A stretch of DNA of 64,000 nt. Source: Bacilli bacterium (GTDB lineage Bacteria > Bacillota_I > Bacilli_A > ML615J-28 > CAG-313). The position numbers and the translations under genes are program-made. The number at the start of each line of letters is the position of its first letter. Position 1 is the first letter of the stretch. Location: contig JAZSNL010000030.1 in the NCBI GenBank assembly GCA_045536365.1, forward strand, positions 91,748 to 155,747, in the 5' to 3' direction. Below are positions 48,324-56,721 of this stretch, piece by piece. The notes beneath the pieces were generated by a model. That model saw nothing but the letters and a program-made list of their open reading frames with translations, was not told where the DNA came from and did no database searches.

Positions 48324-48839
48324 ATGATAGTTCTAATAACTGGGGCATCACACACCGGCAAAACTACACTTGCTCAAAAGTTGCTCGAAAAATATAAATA
48401 CCCATATCTTTCAATCGATCACCTTAAAATGGGATTAATTCGTAGTGGAAATACTAAGCTTACTCCAATGAGTAGTGATAAAGCTTTGACCGCATACTTA
48501 TGGCCTATTGTTAGTGAAATAATTAAAACAGCTATTGAAAATAAGCAAAATTTAATTATTGAAGGCTGTTATATTCCGTTTGATTGGCAAAAAGATTTTG
48601 ATTTTGAATATCTAAAAAATATCAAATATTTCTGTCTTGTAATGAGTGAAAAATATATCAAAAACCACTTTGTTGATATAAAAAAATATGCAAACAATAT
48701 TGAAAATCGTGTGGATGATGAACATTGTACATTAGATAGTGTATTAGCAGATAATGCTGAATTCCTTTTTCTTGCGAAAAAGTATAATGTAAATTACATA
48801 CTTATTGATGATAAGTATGAAGTTAATATCGAATTATAA
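48324..48839 (+). CDS. P-loop kinase-like protein (nucleotide/2-phosphoglycerate kinase-like)
   Basis: LITGASHTGKT, SIDHLKMGLIRSG, LIIEG. Confidence 0.75.
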   Translation: MIVLITGASHTGKTTLAQKLLEKYKYPYLSIDHLKMGLIRSGNTKLTPMSSDKALTAYLWPIVSEIIKTAIENKQNLIIEGCYIPFDWQKDFDFEYLKNIKYFCLVMSEKYIKNHFVDIKKYANNIENRVDDEHCTLDSVLADNAEFLFLAKKYNVNYILIDDKYEVNIEL

Positions 48840-48880
48840 TGTGAATATGGATTTATCAATTTGTTTTAAAAGAAGAATAA

Positions 48881-48918
48881 AAAATGCATAATACGAATAT
48901 TCGTATTATGCATTTTTA
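48881..48918. terminator. Bidirectional terminator palindrome
   Basis: ATGCATAATACGAAT / ATTCGTATTATGCAT between convergent genes. Confidence 0.75.
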
Positions 48919-49184
48919 TTTTTATTATTTATAATCCCTTTTATAAATGAATTTAATTCAATTTTATTTTCATTTCTATTAGAATCGTTTAATGCTTCGA
49001 TTAATAAAATAGCTTCTTGAAGTTTTTCCATAGTTTCTTCATATAATTCAACACTCATAATTACCATATCACTATATCCGTTTTTGGTAATAATGATAGG
49101 TGTTTCGCTTTCTTTACAAATTTTTGAAATGTTCGCAGTATTTTTCAATTCGTTGATTGGCAATATTTTTGGTAGTATTTGCAT
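48906..49184 (-). CDS. Phd/YefM-family antitoxin (orphan)
   Basis: ILPINELKNTANISKICKESETPIIITKNGYSDMVIMSVELYEE. Confidence 0.85.
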   Translation of the reverse strand: MQILPKILPINELKNTANISKICKESETPIIITKNGYSDMVIMSVELYEETMEKLQEAILLIEALNDSNRNENKIELNSFIKGIINNKNKNA

Positions 49185-49338
49185 GTTAACCCCCTCATAT
49201 TTAATTGTATTTTTATACCATAATTATACCATAATTAATATCTGATATCAATAGAATATTGTGATAAAAATTTTTAAAATATTGAAAAAAATGTTATTAT
49301 TTTCTTGACAAATTCATAAAATTAATATATAATAGATA

Positions 49339-49356
49339 GGTAAGCTAAAGCTTACC
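49339..49356. promoter_or_regulatory. Palindromic metal-regulator box upstream of feoA (DtxR/Fur-like candidate)
   Basis: GGTAAGCT-aa-AGCTTACC right after the -10 box; a second palindrome AAATTAGT-ttaat-ACTAATTT lies at 49589-49609 before feoB. Confidence 0.5.
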
Positions 49357-49377
49357 ATTTAAAGAAAGGTGATTTTA

Positions 49378-49590
49378 ATGAATTTAACACAAGCTGAAAT
49401 TGGTCAAGAATATATCATTAAAGAAATTAAAACTGATGATGAAGAATTAAATTCATTTCTATTTTCTTTAGGTTGTTATTCTGGAGAACCTATCACTGTT
49501 ATTTCTCATATAAATGGTGGGTGTGTAATTGTTATTAAAGATGCTAGATATAGTATAGATAAGGAATTAGCAGAAGCAATTATAGTATAA
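49378..49590 (+). CDS. feoA: Ferrous iron transport protein A
   Basis: FLFSLGCYSGEPITVIS...IKDARYSIDKELAEAIIV. Confidence 0.9.
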   Translation: MNLTQAEIGQEYIIKEIKTDDEELNSFLFSLGCYSGEPITVISHINGGCVIVIKDARYSIDKELAEAIIV

Positions 49591-49654
49591 ATTAGTTTAA
49601 TACTAATTTTATTTTTGAATAATTAGTAAGCCTTTGCTTACAGGAGGAAGATAT

Positions 49655-51787
49655 ATGATAATAGCATTAGCCGGTAATCCTAATAGTGGAAAAACAACAA
49701 TGTATAATGCCTTAACTGGTAAAAATGAAAAGATTGGTAATTGGGCCGGAGTTACTGTTGAAAAAAAACAATCTTTAATTAAAAAAGGTTTTGTTAAAAA
49801 TGTATCTGAAGAAGTTATCGTAGTTGATTTACCAGGAGCTTATTCAATGTCTCCTTTTACATCAGAAGAAAGTATAACAAGTTCATATGTTAAGAATTCT
49901 AATCCTGATGTAATTATTAATATTGTTGACGCAACTAATTTAAGCCGCAGCTTATTCTTTACTACACAATTATTAGAACTTGGCATTCCTGTAGTTGTTG
50001 CGTTGAACAAGACAGATATTAATGAGAAGAAAGAAACTGAGATTGATGTTGATAAGTTATCAAAGAGTTTAAATTGTTTTGTTGTTGAAACTGTTTCAAC
50101 ATCTTCAAAGGGATTAAAGAAACTTATTGAAACTGCTATATCAATAAAGGGTAAAGAACAAGTAGCTCCTTATAAACAAGCTGATATTGATTTAACTAAT
50201 AAAAATGAAGTAGAAATTGAGGATAGAAAAAGATTTGAGTTTGTTAATAAAGTTGTTAGTGAAGTTGAAACTAGAAAGGTTTTAACTAAGAATACTACTT
50301 TCCAAGATAAACTTGATTCAATTTTAACTAATAAATGGTTAGGTATTCCTATTTTTGCGGTAGTGATGTTCTTGGTATTTTGGATTTCTCAATCTGGTCC
50401 AGGGTTATGGATTGCGGAAGGTTATGAATTTGCAAATGGAAGTAGTATTCCTGGATTAGTTGGATTATTAGAAATGTTTAGTGAATGGGTTGCTGGATTA
50501 TTAGATAATGCTAGTCCTATTTTACAATCTATATTAATTGATGGTATTTTAGGTGGATTTAGTGCTGTTGTTGGTTTCTTACCTCTTGTTATGGTAATGT
50601 ATTTCTTAATTGCTTTACTTGAAGATTGCGGTTATATGGCAAGGGTTTCTGTTGTGCTTGATCCTATTTTTAAAAAGGTTGGTTTATCTGGTAAATCTGT
50701 TATTCCTTTTGTAATTGGTACTGGATGTGCCATTCCTGGGGTAATGGCATGTAGAACAATTAGAAATGAAAGAGAAAGACGTGCTACTGCAATGCTTGCT
50801 CCTTTTATGCCTTGTGGTGCAAAACTTCCGGTTATTGCGTTATTTGCGGGTGCATTCTTCCCTGAATCTAAATGGGTTGGGGTAACTATGTATTTTGCGG
50901 GGATTGTTATTATTTTCCTTTGTGCTTTATTAATTAATGCGATAACAGGGAATAAGAATAAGAAGTCTTATTTCATTATTGAATTACCTGAATATAAAGC
51001 TCCTAGCCTTTTAAGATCAGCTAAATCAATGTTAGAAAGAGGTTGGTCTTATATTGTTAAAGCTGGAACTATTATTTTAGTATGTAACTTTGCGGTTCAT
51101 TTATTACAATCATTCTCTTGGAGTTTTGAATTCTTAGATTATGGTAGTATTATTGATGCTGCTTATGCACATTTAGAGTCACTAGAAGCAGCTGGTGCTC
51201 CTTTAACTGGTGATGCGTTAAATGTTTATTGGGCAAGTGTTAACCAAGAAGTTGCTGCTTTAGCTGATAAATCAATGTTACATAGTATTGCAACTCCTAT
51301 TGCGTATATTATTGCACCAGTAATTGGCACTGTTGTATGGCAACTTGCTGCTGCTGCTGTAACTGGTTTTATTGCAAAAGAGAATGTTGTTGGTACTATT
51401 GCAATTTGCTTTGCAATTCCTAATTTAATTAATACAACTGATTTAGAAGCAATAGGTGAAGCTTCTAGAATCGCAACAGCGATTGGTATTACTGCTCCTG
51501 CAGCTCTTGCGTTCTTAATGTTTAATTTATTTACGCCTCCTTGCTTTGCAGCAATAGGTGCGATGAATTCAGAAATTAAGAGTAAAAAATGGCTATTTGC
51601 TGGTATCGGTATGCAATTTGCAGTAGGATTTGTATTATCATTCTTAGTATTCTTCTTTGGAACACTACTAACTAAAGGTAATTTAGGTGATCCTTGGATG
51701 CCAATACTTGGATGGGTAATTACAGCTATTTGTATAGGCATTGCGGCAGCATTAGTATTAAGACAAAATAAGAAATTAAAAGCTTAA
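49655..51787 (+). CDS. feoB: Ferrous iron transport protein B
   Basis: GNPNSGKTT, GNWAGVTVE, DLPG, LNKTD GTPase motifs; PFMPCGAKLPV; start set at ATG 49655. Confidence 0.95.
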   Translation: MIIALAGNPNSGKTTMYNALTGKNEKIGNWAGVTVEKKQSLIKKGFVKNVSEEVIVVDLPGAYSMSPFTSEESITSSYVKNSNPDVIINIVDATNLSRSLFFTTQLLELGIPVVVALNKTDINEKKETEIDVDKLSKSLNCFVVETVSTSSKGLKKLIETAISIKGKEQVAPYKQADIDLTNKNEVEIEDRKRFEFVNKVVSEVETRKVLTKNTTFQDKLDSILTNKWLGIPIFAVVMFLVFWISQSGPGLWIAEGYEFANGSSIPGLVGLLEMFSEWVAGLLDNASPILQSILIDGILGGFSAVVGFLPLVMVMYFLIALLEDCGYMARVSVVLDPIFKKVGLSGKSVIPFVIGTGCAIPGVMACRTIRNERERRATAMLAPFMPCGAKLPVIALFAGAFFPESKWVGVTMYFAGIVIIFLCALLINAITGNKNKKSYFIIELPEYKAPSLLRSAKSMLERGWSYIVKAGTIILVCNFAVHLLQSFSWSFEFLDYGSIIDAAYAHLESLEAAGAPLTGDALNVYWASVNQEVAALADKSMLHSIATPIAYIIAPVIGTVVWQLAAAAVTGFIAKENVVGTIAICFAIPNLINTTDLEAIGEASRIATAIGITAPAALAFLMFNLFTPPCFAAIGAMNSEIKSKKWLFAGIGMQFAVGFVLSFLVFFFGTLLTKGNLGDPWMPILGWVITAICIGIAAALVLRQNKKLKA

Positions 51788-51805
51788 AAATTATAAGGAG
51801 GACAT

Positions 51806-51970
51806 ATGGTTGATGATATAATTATTATAGTAGTAATAGTATTAATAATCGGATTTTCTATTCTTTATTTAATTAAACAAAAGAAAAAAGGAAGAAAATG
51901 TATTGGATGTCCTTATTGTGATTCTTGTGATAAAAATAAATGTACTCCTAAAAAGAATAAAAAAGTTTAG
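51806..51970 (+). CDS. FeoB-associated Cys-rich membrane protein (54 aa); not in the ORF track
   Basis: RBS AGGAGG; TM helix then KCIGCPYCDSC. Confidence 0.85.
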   Translation: MVDDIIIIVVIVLIIGFSILYLIKQKKKGRKCIGCPYCDSCDKNKCTPKKNKKV

Positions 51971-52129
51971 ATGAAAATCTAGACTTTTTTATTACTAAAC
52001 ATTTGCTTTTTTATCTAAAAAGTGGTAGAATATTTAACTGTTATATAAGTTACATAATAAGCCTTTTGAAAAATTATTCTTCAAGACTCATAACTTACAT
52101 ATATTATATTTTCATGAAAGGGTGATTTT

Positions 52130-53428
52130 ATGATAATGACACAAACTGCAAGTATTATATTAAGTCTTTCTATTGCGTTACTTGCAGGTTTATTATTATC
52201 AAGATTAGTTAAAATAATAAAACTACCTGCAGTAACTGCTTATTTAATTGCAGGTATATTAGTAGGACCTTTTTGTTTAGGTGCTTTAAATATTCCGGGT
52301 ATTGGAATAACTAAAGAAGAAATTAATAATTTAGGTTTCATTTCTGATTTAGCTTTAGGATTTATTGCTTTTGCGATGGGAAATGAATTTAGAATATCTC
52401 AACTTAAAAAAATTGGTAAACAAGCTACAGTTATAGGTATTTTCCAAGCTGTTTTTACAACTATTATAGTAGATGCTGTATTAATAGGATTACACTTTAT
52501 AATGCCAGATAAATTACCACTTTCTGTTGCGGTAATTCTAGCATCTGTTGCAACTGCAACAGCTCCAGCAGCAACATTAATGGTAGTTAAACAATATAAA
52601 GCTAAAGGAGCAGTTACAGATGTATTATTACCTGTTGTTGCATTAGATGATGCGGTTGGTTTAATTGTTTTTGCAATATCATTTGGTATTGCTAAATCAT
52701 TAAATGTAGGCACTGTTGATGCTTTTTCTGTCATTATTGAACCATTATTAGAAGTAGTATTATCATTATTGTTAGGATTTTTGATGGGAGTATTATTTAC
52801 AATATGTGAAAAATATTTCTTTTCAAGATCGAAAAGAATGGCAGTTTCTGTAACATTCGTAATGATGACAGTTGCGTTATCATGCATGAAATTTCAAATA
52901 GGTAATATCCATATTGGATTTTCATCACTTCTAACATGCATGATGTTAGGAACAGTCTTCTGCAACATGTGTGAAGTATCAGAAGAATTAATGGATAGAG
53001 CTGATAGATGGACAGCGCCTATATTAATCTTATTCTTTGTTATAAGTGGAGCTGAATTAGAACTATCAGTATTTACTGATTTAGCAGTTGTAATAATTGG
53101 TATTGTATATATTATTTCTCGTTCATTTGGTAAATACTTTGGTGCAAACTTAAGTTCTAAAATGGTTAAAGCAGATTCTAATATTATTAAATACTTAGGT
53201 ATTACTTTATTACCTCAAGCTGGTGTTGCTTTAGGTATGGCAAGTAAAGCAATGGAGTTAGGACCTGATGGAAATATCGTTAGAAATATAACTTTATTTG
53301 CTGTTTTAATCTATGAAATAATCGGGCCATTCCTTACTAAGATTGCTTTAACAAAAGCGGGAGATATTAAAGAAGAAGGGCGTACTAACGCAAGAGAAGA
53401 ACATTTATCAAAAAAACAAATAGCTTAA
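52130..53428 (+). CDS. Cation:proton antiporter (CPA2 family)
   Basis: AYLIAGILVGP, ATATAPAAT, ALDDAVGL, FFVISGAEL, LLPQAGVALG. Confidence 0.9.
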   Translation: MIMTQTASIILSLSIALLAGLLLSRLVKIIKLPAVTAYLIAGILVGPFCLGALNIPGIGITKEEINNLGFISDLALGFIAFAMGNEFRISQLKKIGKQATVIGIFQAVFTTIIVDAVLIGLHFIMPDKLPLSVAVILASVATATAPAATLMVVKQYKAKGAVTDVLLPVVALDDAVGLIVFAISFGIAKSLNVGTVDAFSVIIEPLLEVVLSLLLGFLMGVLFTICEKYFFSRSKRMAVSVTFVMMTVALSCMKFQIGNIHIGFSSLLTCMMLGTVFCNMCEVSEELMDRADRWTAPILILFFVISGAELELSVFTDLAVVIIGIVYIISRSFGKYFGANLSSKMVKADSNIIKYLGITLLPQAGVALGMASKAMELGPDGNIVRNITLFAVLIYEIIGPFLTKIALTKAGDIKEEGRTNAREEHLSKKQIA

Positions 53429-53628
53429 AAAGATTTGGTTTTCCAAATCTTTTTTATTTGGAAAAATTCGCTTAACAAAAAATAAATATACATAACAAAT
53501 TTTCCCAATTACCCTTTATAACGCCCTTAAAACATATCTTTTGTTTGACATTTGTGAAAAATAATAGTATAATATGATTAATGTTACAATGGGAAATTTC
53601 TATTACCCATTGTACAAAGGAGTAAAAT

Positions 53629-54291
53629 ATGGAAGAAAAACAACTAAATCAAAAAAAGTTTAACCTTTCTAAACTTGATATTGCTGGTATTATACTAGTT
53701 CTTGTATTCTTGCCGATCATTATTATCAACTCTATTATAGTTATTAAAGGTATGGTAAACCCTGAAAAAGTTCCTACAGTATTTGGTTATGGACCACTAC
53801 TAGTAATCTCAGATTCAATGGACATTGAATATGGAGATCCAGGCGCTTTCAATAAAAATGACCTTATCATAATTAAAGAAGTAGATGTCAACGATTTAAA
53901 AGAAAATGACATTATTACTTATATTGGAAAAGATAAAAAATTCGTTACACATAGAATAAAAAGATTTGAAGAAATTGATGGAGTTACTGTTATAAGAACA
54001 AAAGGTGACTTCTCAGTAAGTGAAGACGAACCAGTATACTTTGATCAAGTTCAAGGTATCTACGTAACTAGAATCCCAGGAATGGGTAAACTAGTTGACT
54101 TTATTCAAAAACCAGTAGGTGTTATTATCCTGCTAGGTATCCCAATTTTAATTTATCTTGCAATAGACTTCTTCTTAAAGAGCAAAGATAAAGAAAAAGT
54201 CGATGCAAAAAATGCCGAGCTTGAAGCTGAAATCGCAAGATTAAAAGCTGAACAAGCTGCAAAAGAAGAACAAAGTTCTTCTAATAACTAA
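53629..54291 (+). CDS. sipW: Signal peptidase I, SipW/ER-type
   Basis: LLVISDSM...FVTHRI...RTKGD. Confidence 0.85.
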   Translation: MEEKQLNQKKFNLSKLDIAGIILVLVFLPIIIINSIIVIKGMVNPEKVPTVFGYGPLLVISDSMDIEYGDPGAFNKNDLIIIKEVDVNDLKENDIITYIGKDKKFVTHRIKRFEEIDGVTVIRTKGDFSVSEDEPVYFDQVQGIYVTRIPGMGKLVDFIQKPVGVIILLGIPILIYLAIDFFLKSKDKEKVDAKNAELEAEIARLKAEQAAKEEQSSSNN

Positions 54292-54386
54292 GGTAATAAC
54301 TGGCCACACAGTATTACAAATATATATAATTTTCGAAAAAAATTAAAAGCTTTTTACATAAAAAATTCGAAAGGAGAAAATTTAAA

Positions 54387-55028
54387 ATGAAAAGAAATAA
54401 ATTATTTTTATTAGGTTTATTCGTAGTTTTCGCTGCAGTTTTATCTTTATCTCTAGTTTCTAGTACATTTGCAAAATATGTAACAACTTCTGAAACTGCT
54501 CAAGACTCTGCAAGAGTAGCTAAATGGGGAGTAAATGTTACTACTTCATCAAGCGCTTTTGAAAGAGAATATGAAGCTGATGATGATACTGCAGGAATTA
54601 CTAATTCTGTTGTAGCAGCTGAAGACGTTCTTGCTCCTGGTACAGAAGGACAATTAGTTGAAGCTACAATTTCTGGTACTCCTGAAGTTGCCGTTGCTGT
54701 TGCCGTTACTGTGGATTTAGAATTAGGCGAAAATTGGAAAGTTGGCGATCCAGCTACTGAATATTGCCCATTAGTGTTCACAGTTAATGGAGTTGAATAC
54801 AAAAAAACAGGTACTATTGCAGAATTAGAAACAGCTGTTGAAAATGCTATTAAAGCCGCATTAGGCGAAGGAAACAAAGAAGCAGGAACAGATTTAGCAA
54901 AGACATTAGAAGTTACTTGGGAATGGGCATTTGCAGGTGACGATGTTAATGATACTTTATTAGGTAATGCTGTTGCAGTTCCTACTATTGATTTTTCATT
55001 ACAAATTTCTGTAACTCAAATCGACTAA
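54387..55028 (+). CDS. TasA-like/SipW-dependent major fibre subunit (213 aa)
   Basis: Signal ending SSTFA-KYVT, then DSARVAKWGVNV; acidic, beta-rich; no anchor. Confidence 0.75.
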   Translation: MKRNKLFLLGLFVVFAAVLSLSLVSSTFAKYVTTSETAQDSARVAKWGVNVTTSSSAFEREYEADDDTAGITNSVVAAEDVLAPGTEGQLVEATISGTPEVAVAVAVTVDLELGENWKVGDPATEYCPLVFTVNGVEYKKTGTIAELETAVENAIKAALGEGNKEAGTDLAKTLEVTWEWAFAGDDVNDTLLGNAVAVPTIDFSLQISVTQID

Positions 55029-55135
55029 TCAATATTGACTAATAAAAAAAAGATTAAATTTAATCAAAATTAGCCACAAATAATATAAACAAAGTAAGGG
55101 CAGATTGTGGCCTGCCCTTATTGTTTTATATTTAT

Positions 55136-55184
55136 CATTTATTTATCAAAGTATAATAATTTGTTATGTTTTGATAAATAAATG
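55136..55184. repeat. Perfect 15-bp inverted repeat enclosing a TATAAT box
   Basis: CATTTATTTATCAAA (55136-55150) / TTTGATAAATAAATG (55170-55184). Confidence 0.75.
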
Positions 55185-55208
55185 AGGGGGAAATAAGAGG
55201 TAAAAAAT

Positions 55209-56060
55209 ATGAAGAAGGATGTAGAAGTTTTTGTAAGAGAATTACAGTGGATTCATGTTTTTGGCAAAGTTAAAACTAAAAGTGGTGAAGTAGTAGCTGT
55301 TATTAAAAATCATCGTGTATTGACTTCATCTGATGATTTTATAAAGTCTTTAATTCCTACTGATACTACTAAGAGATATAGATTACCTGATGTATATAAT
55401 AATAAGAATTTGTATGATGTTATTGATACTAGAAGTAATAGTGTTATTGCTTATATGGATAAGTATCGTAATGTGTATGATGTTGATGGTTATTATATTG
55501 GTACTTTAGGTAATGCTGGTTATTTGAATTATGCCTTACATATTTTGACTGTATTAACTATAATTGCTGTTATTCTTGCTGCAATATCTTTACGTGAATC
55601 TGCTAGTAGAGATGTTGATAGTACTATTACTATTGTTGAACGTGATGGTACTGTTGCAGAGGAGGTTTGGAATATTTTTGGGGCTGAAAAGGCTGATAAG
55701 ATTTTATTCCCTGGCAGAAATTATATTTATCATTTTACTGTTATAAATGATCATGATGTTGATATATTATTTAATATTTCATTTACGGCTGATAATAATG
55801 CTGATGTTCCTATCAGATATAAGTTAGAAAGTCCTAGTGGATATTTATTTGGTAGTGAATTATCATGGGTTGATTTATTTGATATGAATGTTGAGAATAT
55901 TAGTATTCCTGCAAATTCTAGTGTTACTTTTGCTTTGCATTGGATGTGGAGAAGTGAGTCTGATAGAAAGGATACTATTATTGGTAATTTAGATGATACT
56001 CATTATACTATTTATGTAGAGTATTCTTCTACTATTGATGATGGTGTTGTAAATGGCTAG
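55209..56060 (+). CDS. Membrane-anchored fibre-associated protein (cytoplasmic N-domain, internal TM, extracellular beta-domain)
   Basis: TM YALHILTVLTIIAVILAAISL near aa 110; C-domain with ILFPG.NY.Y.FTV.N and FALHWMW, resembling the subunit folds. Confidence 0.6.
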   Translation: MKKDVEVFVRELQWIHVFGKVKTKSGEVVAVIKNHRVLTSSDDFIKSLIPTDTTKRYRLPDVYNNKNLYDVIDTRSNSVIAYMDKYRNVYDVDGYYIGTLGNAGYLNYALHILTVLTIIAVILAAISLRESASRDVDSTITIVERDGTVAEEVWNIFGAEKADKILFPGRNYIYHFTVINDHDVDILFNISFTADNNADVPIRYKLESPSGYLFGSELSWVDLFDMNVENISIPANSSVTFALHWMWRSESDRKDTIIGNLDDTHYTIYVEYSSTIDDGVVNG

Positions 56061-56598
56061 AAAGATTTATAATATAATAACAAAAACAATTTTTGTTTTT
56101 GTTATTTTAATAGTAGGACTTCTTTTATATTATGCTGGTAAAAGATTAATTACAAAAGATAAAACAGCTAGTATTTTTGGATATTCATTTTATCATGTTT
56201 CTACTGATAGTATGGTTCCTGTTATTAATGGTGGGGATTTTATTATTGTTAAAGAAAGAAAAGAATATCGTGTTGGTATGGATATTACTTATCAATTAGA
56301 TAAGAATTCTACTCCTATTACTCACCGTATTGTTGAGATTAATGGTAATACTGTTATTACTGAGGGTGTTAATAATAATGGTAGTAAAGATGATCCTTTT
56401 GATATATCTTGTATTGTTGGAGAGGTTGTCTTTGTATGGAGAAATTATTATCAGTTTATTAATTTTGTTTCTTCACCAATGGGAATTATTTTAATAGCTG
56501 TTGGTGTATTTGGCGTTATTGAAGTAATTAGTTTAATTGATAAATTAATTGAAAAAATGGAAAATAAGAAAAAAGAAAATGTTATTGAAAACTCCTAA
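56053..56598 (+). CDS. sipW: Signal peptidase I, SipW/ER-type
   Basis: YHVSTDSMVPVINGGDFIIV...ITHRIV. Confidence 0.85.
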   Translation: MARKIYNIITKTIFVFVILIVGLLLYYAGKRLITKDKTASIFGYSFYHVSTDSMVPVINGGDFIIVKERKEYRVGMDITYQLDKNSTPITHRIVEINGNTVITEGVNNNGSKDDPFDISCIVGEVVFVWRNYYQFINFVSSPMGIILIAVGVFGVIEVISLIDKLIEKMENKKKENVIENS

Positions 56599-56721
56599 TA
56601 AATTAGGAGTTTTTTAATATTTATTTTAGAAAGCATTTTAGAAAGCAATAAAATTGCTTTTAGGCGAAAATAGGAGTATACTTATCAAGTAATATAAATA
56701 AAGAAATGGAGGTGCCAAAGA

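Noticed and set aside
46328-54877. Long antisense ORFs (46328-46759, 47131-47481, 51226-51741, 52399-52887, 54500-54877)
   Set aside because: They overlap well-supported + strand genes entirely and are typical reverse-frame artefacts of biased codon usage.
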